Assembly (NCBI GenBank): GCA_964016885.1
Contig: OZ024752.1
Coordinates: forward strand, 27,900,001-27,964,000
Length of the DNA: 64,000 nt
DNA from: Eledone cirrhosa
Lineage: Eukaryota
Direction: 5' to 3'
Of this stretch, positions 52,690 through 64,000 are shown in pieces (position 1 is the first letter of the stretch; each line of letters starts with the position of its first letter). The position numbers were made by a program, and so were the translations under genes. The notes beneath the pieces are model-generated. The model searched no databases, was not told where the DNA came from, and saw only the letters and a program-made list of their open reading frames with translations.

Positions 52690-52975
52690 AACTGTGTATG
52701 AGGGATAAACTATAGTGTGCGGGAGAGAAGACTGTGATTGCGCATGGAGGATGACCGCTGGGTAAAGAAGTGCCAAGAAATCCCAGTAGAAGGAAGACGC
52801 AGTAGAGGAAGACTACGAAAATCATGGGCGGGCGAGATGAGAGCTGATTTCAGATCGCTGAAGCTCACGGAGGAAATGATGAAGGACCATGACGAATGGA
52901 GAGATGATGTGCTGAAAAAGACCAATCGCACCCATGCAAGCAAGGAAACGCGGAAGTATAGTGATGATGATGATG
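52690..52975 (+). mobile_element. RTE-clade LINE 3' end in intron 3 of gene B
   Basis: LRMEDDRWVKK..VEGRRSRGRLRKSW..DHDEWR; (GAT)n tail. Confidence 0.75.
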
Positions 52976-53106
52976 TACAAATGAAATATCAGATACAGAA
53001 AAATAACCATCGTGAATATTTGTGAAAATGATTTAAATCAATTAAAATATATTTAATTTACTGAGTGAGATATTTCAAGCAGATATAAACGATGTTTTAA
53101 TTTATT

Positions 53107-53295
53107 GGTGGATTGGCAGTATCGGTATACGGTCGGACGCCATGCTTTGACGCATAGAGTTACGGCCCTTGCCATTCTGAGTTCAAATCCCGTGGAGGTT
53201 AACTTTGTCTTTCATCCTAACTGGGTCGATAAAATAAAGTACCAGTAATGCACTGGTTTAATTGCGAGCCTTGTGCCAAAACTAAAAACAATTAT
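53107..53295 (+). mobile_element. SINE family 1, full-length copy just upstream of the gene B microexon
   Basis: ggtggattggcagtatcggta...gagttcaaatccc...gccttgtgccaaa. Confidence 0.85.
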
Positions 53296-53362
53296 TAGTT
53301 TATTCTATAGCTATGTTGATTATTTAAATCCTATAAATGATTCGTTATTTTCTTTATTTCAG

Positions 53363-53392
53363 TTCCAGCGATCAGGAGACTTTAGAGTATCC
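53363..53392 (+). CDS. S-crystallin B exon 4, 30-nt microexon (FQRSGDFRVS)
   Basis: Acceptor tttatttcag, donor gtaagt; conserved with gene A. Confidence 0.9.
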
Positions 53393-53774
53393 GTAAGTAA
53401 TAGGATTTTCTATATTTTTGTTTAGGTCTGCTCAGGAAAAGCAAACATATATTCAAATTTTCTTTCTATGTATAAAATTATGAATGTAACTACAAGTATG
53501 AACGTAACTACACACAGAAGTATACATACTCGGAAACTCATATATATAGATAGGAACGATCGAATTTCGTCAAATCGGACCGAGGGAACAATGTTTCCGT
53601 TGGTCTTTCCAATTGCTAATACTATCTATCGGTCGCAACTCCAGGTAGAAGGAGCAACGTGAAATAAAGTGTCTTGCTCAAGGACATAACGCATCGCCTG
53701 GTCCAGGAATCGAACTCACAACCTTACGATTGCGAATCCAATTCTCTAACCACTCAGCCACACGCCTTCATATA

Positions 53775-54031
<257 letters not shown>

Positions 54032-54143
54032 TATATATATGTGAATATAGACATAGAATATTCGAAAATATTCTGTATGTTTATAATAAACATTTTGAAG
54101 ACCTAATCGCTATAGAATAGAATACGTCACGTATTACAATTAG

Positions 54144-54232
54144 ATTCTCGATAAAAGCAAGGGAAGTAATCTACGCGTTTCATTCTTGTTAGAAATCATC
54201 AGGACTACATATCCAGTGCTTTTATCGAGAAT
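54144..54232 (-). ncRNA. Type I hammerhead in 310-nt tandem repeat, copy 1 (core 54166-54208)
   Basis: GTAGTC CTGATGA tttct-aaca-agaat GAA ACGCGT A GATTAC; distal 16-bp stem attctcgataaaagca/tgcttttatcgagaat. Confidence 0.88.
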
Positions 54233-54453
54233 GACACAGCTAGAGACTTATAGAATACTTAGCTGTGTACAGGAACTGGTTTGAAAGAGCGGTTGCCGGT
54301 CCGGCAGAAATTAGAAATTGGAATAAATGCTCTGAAATAGCGATATATATGTGAATATAGACATAGAATATTCGAAAATATTCTGTATGTTTATAATAAA
54401 CATTTTGAAGACCTAATCGCTATAGAATAGAATACGTCACGTATTACAATTAG

Positions 54454-54542
54454 ATTCTCGATAAAAGCAAGGGAAGTAATCTACGCGTTTCATTCTTGTT
54501 AGAAATCATCAGGACTACATATCCAGTGCTTTTATCGAGAAT
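54454..54542 (-). ncRNA. Type I hammerhead in 310-nt tandem repeat, copy 2 (core 54476-54518)
   Basis: Identical to copy 1, offset by 310 nt. Confidence 0.88.
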
Positions 54543-54770
54543 GACACAGCTAGAGACTTATAGAATACTTAGCTGTGTACAGGAACTGGTTTGAAAGAGC
54601 GGTTGCCGGTCCGGCAGAAATTAGAAATTGGAATAAATGCTCTGAAATAGCGATATATATGTGAATATAGACATAGAATATTCGAAAATATTCTGTATGT
54701 TTATAATAAACATTTTGAAGACCTAATCGCTATAGAATAGAATACGTCACGTATTACAATTAGATTCTCG

Positions 54771-54844
<74 letters not shown>

Positions 54845-54846
<2 letters not shown>

Positions 54847-55372
54847 TTTTACTCTTTTACCTGTTCCAGCTATCCGGCTGAGGCGATGCTGGGGCACCGC
54901 CCTTGTTGCTACACATTGTATCTCCAGCCTGTATTGGTTGGCCACTGGTGCAAGAGGGAGCTCGTTGCTGCTGCCTTTAGGTTTCCCTCGTGCCTTGCTG
55001 TGGGCTCACCCGGGATCCTGGATAGCAAGGTGTCAAGATATTTCTTTGAAGACATCCACGTCCACACCATGCAGATCTCTCAGATCCCTTGGCAGCTTGT
55101 TGAAGAGTTGAGGGCCCTTGAAACCCAGGCTATTGCAATGTCTGCTCCTTATTCTAGATGTGGAAGACGGGACCTTTGGCACCACACAGTGACGCCCTGT
55201 TCGGGGGTTGGTCCAGCTCCCAATGCCAAAGTGTGGTGCTAGTCCCTCCAGGATTTTCCACATGGATATCACTGCGTATCTCTCCCGTCTTCGTTCCAAG
55301 GAGTAGAGGTTCACTTCTTTTAGCCTCTCCCAGTAGCTTATCTCCTTCATCGTGGCAATCCTCTTGGTGTAG
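54845..55372 (-). mobile_element. CR1/L2-group LINE 3' end in intron 4 of gene B
   Basis: SYWERLKEVNLYSLERRRERY..WKIL..GPQLFNKLP..VFK; short repeated tail gtaaaagagtaaaaga. A small related 3' piece lies at ~50836-50885. Confidence 0.8.
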
Positions 55373-55462
<90 letters not shown>

Positions 55463-55575
55463 AGAAAGACGGAGGGAGCAGGCATGTGTGTGTGAGAGAG
55501 AGAGATGTGGATTATAATATGAGATACATAATGATGGAGTGAAGATGATAATATTTTTGGGGATTTATTTTCCAG

Positions 55576-55683
55576 TCTGAGAACCGTATGAGATTTGATG
55601 AGACTTGCCGCAGAATTCTCCCATACATGGAAGAAACTTTGGGCATGTACAATGGTGGAAACCAATATTTCATGGGAGACCAG
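55576..55683 (+). CDS. S-crystallin B exon 5 ([36 protein letters not shown])
   Basis: Acceptor ttttccag, donor gtaatt; 108 nt. Confidence 0.95.
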
Positions 55684-55879
55684 GTAATTATGTTTATTTA
55701 TGTTTTGTTTTGTTTTTTAATTTATTGTTATTGTTTTACTTATGGTGAAAATGCAATAACTAACTCATATATATACATTATACTTCCATCTTCAAGGATT
55801 ACGCCTTGTATTTATGTTAAAAATAATTATCATTATTAAAACTTTTATTATTATTATTGTTATTATTTCTCGTTCATAG

Positions 55880-56044
55880 ATGACGATGGCTGATATGATG
55901 TGCTACTGCGCTCTTGAGAACCCAATGATGGAAAACTCATCCTTCCTCAGCAGTTATCCAAGACTGATGTCTTTGAGACAGCGTGTAATGAACCACTCTA
56001 AGATGTCTAGCTACTTGCAGAGAAGATGCAGAACCGATTTCTAA
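55880..56044 (+). CDS. S-crystallin B exon 6 ([54 protein letters not shown])
   Basis: Acceptor gttcatag; TAA at 56042-56044. Confidence 0.95.
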   Translation: MTMADMMCYCALENPMMENSSFLSSYPRLMSLRQRVMNHSKMSSYLQRRCRTDF

Positions 56045-56579
56045 AGCAGCAAAACAAGTATTACAGTGATAATAAAATAACCACAACAAAATAGTACAAC
56101 AAAGAAAAATAATGTGAAGACAAACGATAGCGAGAATAGCGGTAGTTTAAATAACATCAGTAGGATCAACTTTAATCTTCACCCACATCAAAATTTCTCC
56201 AGCAAGAAGAAAAAAGATTGAATTAATTTACGAAAAAGCAAATGATAAAAGCGAAATTGATACGAATCTGAAAGAAACAGGAAACGCAAATGGTACATAT
56301 TAGTGTGAATCTTTGTGAAAAACTTATTCACAAGATATATACATGATATATACTGTTTTTGTGTTATAATACCGTTGGCAGTTTGAATAGATACTGGATT
56401 GAGAAGATTCAATGATTGGTATTGAACTCAATCTTAAAAATGAAGATAGTGCCATATGCTTATACGAAATGTATGATTGAATGAAAAAACAAAATACGCA
56501 TTGTATCATATACAATGACTTGTGAAGTTTATGGAGAAATACATATATACTAAAATATTATTACTTATAATATACCTAG

Positions 56580-56585
56580 AATAAA
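56580..56585 (+). terminator. Putative polyadenylation signal AATAAA of gene B
   Basis: Positional homologue of 28425; GT/T-rich tract downstream. Confidence 0.5.
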
Positions 56586-57214
56586 AACAATAGATAATAA
56601 AGAAATTTTGTTATTTGTTTCTCATTTTTGTTTTCTGCTTTCAATCATTTACGTATACATATTTACACAAACACACACACGCCCGCACATATTTATCTAT
56701 CTATCTATGCATTTCTCTCTCTCCCTCTCTCTATCTCTCTTTCTCATATATATACACACACACATATATATATATATAGTATATATTGACCACCTTCGAG
56801 TGGTGGTCAGCCAAACTGACAACTTGCTCTGGCCGCCTTCGAGTCAAAAACATTTTCTCGGTTTTTTAGCCGCTTCGATTGTGTTTACCATTATTCCTTT
56901 ATTATATAACTATTGTGCAATAAATACCTGGTGGTATCACCAGGATCTTGCGTAACCTGGCCACTGAAATGTATATAGTGTTTGCTGAAATAAATCTTTG
57001 AAGGAATTTCACCAGTCCGGCCTCCTGTCATTTTACTCATTAATAATTAACTCCGTTCTCGCACCACCAACAAGATTCAATATCGAAGACGGATGAGATG
57101 CATAACGTCGAGTGCTTTTTCTATATATTACATCATGATTAACTATACGGAATGACCAGTTCTATCAAGTGGTGAACCACCAAACAGGAATACATAAATA
57201 GTGATTACCGTTGT

Positions 57215-57315
<101 letters not shown>

Positions 57316-58179
57316 TAACGTTCCATTGAAATCGAAGATTTATAATACATAACAATGTAAATGCACTGAAGTATATTTAAAGGAACTCTTTTCTATATTT
57401 GTTAAATGAAGTAGATTATAGTTTTATCCAATACTTTTTTACTACAATCAATTGATTGTGGCATATTTTCAAATGTGTACTTTATTTAGTATACTGTTTT
57501 CCCAGTTCTTCTCTGCCACATGCACACACACTTATTCACACACACTACACACACTATAAACACACACACACACGGCACACACACAGACACAGACACAGAC
57601 ACACAAACACAGACACACACAGCGACGGACAAACACAAACACACACACACACACACACCATAGGGTAAATGTAAATATAATCTTTTGAAAGCAATTTGCT
57701 GTCTAAACATTATTACAAAGGTATGAAATTCGCATTTAGAAATCTGAGTTACATTAAAAGATTTTTTCACACTTCCAAATTTTAGTAAAATTTCCAGAAA
57801 AATTCTTTTGAAATTTTTAAAGCACATGTATTGGATCGTCAAGTATGAAATTTGTAGAAATTTGATTTTCTTCTACAGATTTCTACAAATTTCATACTTG
57901 ATGACCCAATAATTTTATTTTTATTTTCTATTGTTATTGTATCACTAACCAGAACTTAAGCTAATATTTAATGGTATCTTGAATAGTTGACTCCATTGAA
58001 TCAACACATTTGTTGTCCCCCTCACCCCCGCATACAGACACCACGGGACCCCTTACTTATTTTTGTATTTTTACTTTTATTTGACTTTAACAAACTGAAG
58101 CTAACATTCAACTGACTCCTCACCTTTTGATATCTATTTCCACACTCCACCATTCTATATAAAGATGTGCTTCAGGTAG

Positions 58180-59000
58180 ATTAACCATATGTTATATAAC
58201 TGACAATATAAGAGAATTTCATTTAAAATAAACCATATTTCGGAAAGTATGTCATAATCAATCGAAACACTGAACGCGGATATACTTTCCAACAACCCGT
58301 ATTAACAACAACAACAACCACCACAACAACATCGTATTTGATATGCCCAAAACAGGCTATCACCAAAAAAAATCTCTCACAGAATAAAAATGACGGAGAA
58401 TTACACTTCACTATTTCGAAAGAAATGCAATTAGATCAAATGAAATTCCATATGAATTTCTACCGAAGAACAGCCATACAAAGAACCACTCCTAACTCTA
58501 TAATAGTATCAACATTATCCTATTGCTCAGCACAAAACAGGCAACAGTGGTAAAAAAAAAAAAATAATGTTAGTACGAACTCAGAAGTATTAGAACATAA
58601 TATGGTTTCCGATAATGAGAAACTGAAGGGAATTAACCTATCCAAAATGACACTAACAAAGGCCCAAATGTATTTATTTAGTAAGGGACTGAAATCTATA
58701 CCCAGCGCACACAAATTAATCTTTCTTGAAAAGAAAAAAAGACATCTCAGAATTCTGCTGTAATCTCAGGCTTGCTGAATACTAAATAATTCTTGTTAAA
58801 AGAAAACTACAATGATGGCGAATCACTAACTAGAGATATAGGATCTACTCTGCAACGAAAGGAAAGAATAAAGCGCTAGGTGTTTATTGTGAACACGTAG
58901 TAAATATTCCCATTGTAACAATTTAAAATGGAAATATTAAATCCCATTTCTCAAAAGAATAGAAAAATCTAATTGATTTACAAAAAGACACACTTATGAA
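58180..59000 (+). mobile_element. Degenerate Penelope-like element N-terminal coding remnant
   Basis: INLSKMTLTKAQMYLFSKGLKSIP (~58632-58703) and DISEFCCNLRLAEY (~58741-58782) resemble the PLE N-terminal INLS..LT..LL.KGL.F.P and F.R.LRL motifs. Boundaries approximate. Confidence 0.6.
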
Positions 59001-60589
59001 AGTTGAATTCAATTAGTAACTTTCATCCTATATTTTCCTTCAGAAAATAATCAAATAAGAACAGCCTGCAGAAAAGAATACAGTCGGCATCAGTAATACT
59101 GACAATTTATGTCAAAAATGTATTTTCCCCTTTATGTACATCTATAGATACATTACGAAACACACGCACACATATGTGATGAATTATAACTGTAGATAAA
59201 CAAATAATAGGAAAGTTTATATGGCAATTAAGCTTTAGGTTCAAACATTAAAATATTTTATTGTGAATCATTAGTATCATTCGTTCGCTTTTATTGTCAG
59301 CTTTTACGAAAGTTGTCCATGTTTCTATAGGTCAAATATATGCATTCTACCAATGATTTTAAACGTTATATATTTTATCATAATCATATTAAAGTATTAA
59401 TATAATATCAAAGTAATGATATATGATATGAAAGATATATGGTACGGTATTCATGACATAAACGGTAATAATTATTGATAATTATGAATGCTGAGTTTTA
59501 TTTAACAGTTTGAAACTATAATTATACTTCAACACCTTACATACACTCATAACTGGCTACACGCTTATTGTCATAGAACATATCTGGTATAGAATAACAT
59601 TTGTTTTTTATTATGGCATATAGTGAAGTCTATCCATATTAAGTTTTACATTTGAGATAAATAATTAACACATTTCAATTTTAAAATGTGCATGTATGAT
59701 GGATATTTAGTATACTTATATTTGAATAACGTAATTATTTTCAGAATCTGTTATAATGTTTGTCAAAAGCTGGAAATGTCATTAGTCTGGGTTTGTGGGA
59801 AAGTCCGCAAATTGACTGAATTGTTAGGACGTCTCATTAAAAATAGCCCGTATTTGTGCCGGTTCAGAGCTTTCTGAGCTCAAATCCCATTTAGATCAAC
59901 TTTCCATTTCGTGATCGATAAATAACATCCAAATGTAGTAATAGGATTGATTCTGCCTCTATGCCTATCTCTTTGTCTCTGTATTTCTCTGGAGGAAATC
60001 GGCTGTGTTTTGAACCGGAGTGAGATGGGCTCAACCCGGTTTAAACATTACCAGGGCACAACGTGTGTCAGAACGACGGCTCTACGACTAATCAAGAGTT
60101 AAGGCCCATATATTGAGGGAATTAATTATTCTTGTATTTTGTAGTCATTTTCCAAATGCTGAGACGTCTAATGTGTGATACATTATTCGTAGGTGGAATA
60201 TTTAAAGTGGAATATTTAAAGTTATACGTAATTTACAAGGACGTTATAGCTGCAATAAGATTTCGGGAGATTGTTGATGGTGTAAGAAATCTGCGTGTTT
60301 ATCCTATTCCTAGATTTACGAAGATAATATGAGCATTTACTAATCCCTGTGGGTTTATGTTTGTACTGTACATAAGTTATACTTATTCTTTGTTTAGGTT
60401 TCGCATTTATATTTTATACCGTTCTCTTGGTAGGTTTATATGAGAGGAAAGTTTTGTTTTGTTAATGTAATTAGAATGTTAGTTTATAGTGTAAGACATT
60501 AGTTTGAACGTTGTATTGAGGTGGGAGAATAGAAATACGGAAGGACAACTTGGTCTTGACCAGTAAAAGTGTTTAACGGGGATCTTATT

Positions 60590-60940
60590 AAATAACGTTA
60601 CTCGGTGGAATGCATAGCTCGGAGATCAGAGAGTCACTCCAGATAAAACTGCTACATCTCCAAATTGGGAAATAACAGCTCTAATACTACGGGCATGTGG
60701 TTAGAATGTCTCAGGAAAGAATCGCTGGACTGATTTTACGGGCAAAAACCAACTAGCATGAGACCCAAGGGTAGACCCCTAGCAAGATGGTTGGATAACA
60801 TCGATGAGCTTGGCTGGTCTCGCTTGGAGATGCAGCCGGATCAGTTGGAGACGGTTGCTTTTGAAAAGACCAGCTGGAAAGAGTGTTTGAGGGCTCTGCC
60901 ATCACGACCCTCTCAGGAATATGTGGGTGAAAAATAAAAT
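60590..60940 (+). mobile_element. Degenerate RTE-clade LINE 3' fragment
   Basis: SEIRESL..YYGHVVRMSQERI..RPKGRP..RW.D across frameshifts. Confidence 0.6.
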
Positions 60941-61121
60941 GGAGAAGTGTTGGTTTCAATGAAACCAGGGATGTGATTGTTGGTTCATTTCTTAAAGATA
61001 AAAAAACTGTTGTGCTTTTGAATATGCAAATATATTATAAAAGACGGTGGAATTGATTACATACGTTCTGCTTTGTGGTTTTGTTGTTTTTGTTTTATAA
61101 TTCTCTTGTCATTTATCTGAT

Positions 61122-61980
61122 ATACCGGTCGAAGACGCTACTTTTTTCCTAAGATAAGTCTCAAAAACCTACAATGAGTCCTGGAGGCCGAAGGTTGTTT
61201 ATTATTTTTTTTCAAATTTTTGATTGTCAAAATTAGGGTGCGTCCTCGAGAACGAAGCGTCTTCGGCGCCGGGAAATACGGTATTTCGAAAATGTTGTTG
61301 TGATGTGCTGAATTCAAAACATTTTCTGGACACATTCTTTGCTCAGGATTGAACATGTAATCCCTTTCCTTCAATTGTCATATTTATCTCACACCCACAT
61401 GAGTGCCACCCTCTCCTTCATCCATTCTCACTACATAATGGAACATCCCAAGCGCTTCGTAATGCATGAACAAATCAGACAATTACATGAGTGTGGCCTT
61501 CCCCTCCCCATTCATGGTTGGGCTATGTACTACGCCTTTTGGCCTTTTGTCTACATTAAACGACTTCTGACAGTCTTAGTGCTGGTCACTCCACCTAGGA
61601 TGGGCTTAATTTGGCAAGTAGTTTTACTCATTTTAGTTGTTCTCTTGTGGGTTGACTTGTTGTCTGTTATCAGCAGACTTTCGGCATATCTGCAAAATAT
61701 CTACAACTCACAAGCCGGCAATAACAGTTGGCGAGAAGCTGGGAGTCTCGACGGGGAAGCACGACATGCTGTGTAGCTAGTTACTATGCTTATATATATA
61801 TATATATATATACTATGCTATATATATAGTATAGTATATATATATATAAGCATAGTAACTAACTACACAGCAAGTGATGCTTCCCATCGCGCAACATTTT
61901 GTATGGAAAAAATAGTTTTAGCTTACGAAGATTTGGTCTTGAATAACGACTCAATTTCGTGAACCGAGGTTCAACTGTAT
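61122..61980. mobile_element. pogo/Tigger-like MITE fragments
   Basis: Ends resembling pogo TIRs (cgtctt..cgccgggaaatacggta at ~61283; aaccgaggttcaactgta at ~61979) and an internal inverted repeat 61754-61885. Recognised from memory only. Confidence 0.4.
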
Positions 61981-63320
61981 TTAGTTTCACCAATTTTATA
62001 TTCTTAATTCAATCTCTGCTGGAAACTACTTTTATTCCTTCGGAGTAAAAGGTAATATATACGAATTATAGACTCATGTCGTTTAAACTAACAACAGATT
62101 TAATCTGCACGTTTAGAGACTTTAGAAATGTTATTAGTTTATATCAAATTCCCTTTTGGTGTTAGGAATAGAATTAATTAAATAGCATGTCCACCGTATG
62201 GGGCATTTCTATCATGGTATAGAATTACTTTTGGTTCTGAATTTCAGAGCTGCAGAAAAGAAAAAGGAAAGCAAAACGAAAATATATTTCACTTAAGTCC
62301 AAACAGTTATACCAAACTTCTGTGAACCCATTCTTTAATTAATGAATATTTATTTATGACAAAGTGAAAGCGATCGAGTGCGATAAATACTGTTCATTGA
62401 AAACTTACATCTAACCATACAGTTGAAAGAACAATTTACTCCGTTGTGTATCTTGTTAGAGAGTGGTGTGATATAGAAGTGAATTCTTAAAAGCTTTCAA
62501 TGGATGTGACTATCCATTACTATACATACACATCAATTGATGTATCAGTGGTATGCAAGTAAAATATAGATGCTCTATGATATTGTAGAATGAATTATCG
62601 GTGACAAAGTTGAAATTATATTTTTTTTTTACTTTGCCTTGTCAACGTTGCTTTTATTTGATCTACATAAATATATTTCAACTATGTGTATCATTAATTG
62701 ATTAATGAATGCTCACCACATTAAATACATTACAACTTGATATTTTATGAAACAAAAACTTGATATTTAATGTATACATCCTTACATTATAATAAAGAAC
62801 GTGGTATTTGTATTTAAGCAATATATGTGTAGGGAATAATCTCGTATGTTAATGAATGTTGTCAGAAAACGAATGTCAATGTTGATACTAAAGCTACCGA
62901 TCTCGAACAACATAAACAAAAATACAAATGAAAGGGGATATAGGGAAAAGTTAGGAAAAGAGACTCCTAAAGCTACCATACCACAATAACACAAAGAGGG
63001 AAATGATACAGGAATTAGGTGTTTATATGTATGCATATCGACAAACAAACAACAGAACACTTGCTACAGAGTGTAGAAAAGAAATACTCCAATCTTTGTA
63101 GAGCTTGTACCAGTCACATTCAAAATTAAATCAATAAATCGTTAACAGATTATCAATACATATACTGAAACATTTCTTACATAAATATTAAATTTTAGCT
63201 CAAACACTCATTAAAGTTTCTGAGTTGTCCCATACACCATTGGGATCAGTATCGAGCAATTTACAGACCCCTAGTGCAGAACAATTTGAAATAGTTTGTG
63301 TCTTCACACGCACACACACA

Positions 63321-63374
<54 letters not shown>

Positions 63375-63534
63375 CGAAGGAGGTGTGGTAAGGAACCAGA
63401 GTACTCAATACTTAGGATAGTATAGTGGTTAATAGGAAAATGTTTGACCCCGACGGCAGAGCTCAAGCCGTTTCGACGGCTATTTCTGGACGCCGTCGAA
63501 GCGGCTTGAGCTCTGCCGTCGGGTTCAAACATTT

Positions 63535-63625
<91 letters not shown>

Positions 63626-64000
63626 CCCGTAACTCCCGGGAGAGTCGTGAAGGCTCTATATTGACATATGGCGTTTCTAGGGCATGTTTAAACCTGGCGG
63701 AGCGCATCTCCTCTCCAGGTCTGAATACAGCAGATATATTCCAGAGAAGTTTAGAGAGAGAGAGAATGGAAGTGAGAAAGAGATATAGAGGAAGAATCGA
63801 CCCTAGTACTTGACTAGTAATTTTTTATCGACCTTATATGGATGAAAGTCAACGTTGACCTCGGCCTGATTTGAAATCAGAGAGCAGAGAGTGAGTTAGA
63901 AGAACTAATTCCGCAAAGCCTTCTATCTGACGTTCTAACGACTCTTCCAATTCACCTTGTATCTCTATCGGCCTACATATCATTGGGGGCCGTCAATCTC

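Larger units (their letters stand above)
54034..54773 (-). repeat. 310-nt tandem repeat (~2.4 units), retrozyme or PLE pseudo-LTR-like
   Basis: gtgaatatagacatag recurs at 54041, 54351 and 54661; (TA)n on both sides. Confidence 0.92.

Noticed and set aside
53107-53190. tRNA gene
   Set aside because: The A/B boxes belong to a SINE head; no complete cloverleaf, and a multi-copy SINE body follows.
54034-54773. CRISPR array
   Set aside because: Full-unit tandem repeat without unique spacers; eukaryotic context; no cas genes.
56775-57071. Possible solo LTR (AATAAA, ends in ...ACA)
   Set aside because: No clear TG start, target-site duplication or second copy; cannot be supported.

Overview
Eukaryotic, AT-rich, microsatellite-dense DNA, most likely from an octopus (coleoid cephalopod). 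It carries two complete tandem six-exon S-crystallin genes (GST-sigma-derived lens crystallins, 215 aa each, + strand: 21272-27946 and 44934-56044), a decayed 3' remnant of a third copy (~33456-33812), and shared flanking blocks suggesting the array continues left of the window. The rest is retroelement debris: two Penelope-like element (PLE) fragments with GIY-YIG endonuclease, a PLE N-terminal remnant, RTE/CR1/R4-type LINE fragments and two tRNA-headed SINE families. The least expected signal is about 25 type I hammerhead-ribozyme motifs from several families, folded by eye. They sit in short direct, tandem or fold-back repeats inserted into (TA)n tracts. They include a 310-nt tandem retrozyme-like repeat with a covarying homologue, U3-A8 core variants, and intact sense-strand ribozymes in intron 1 of the second crystallin gene. 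Almost all ORFs in the supplied track are microsatellite artefacts. All alignments and folds are manual, and no ribozyme activity has been tested.
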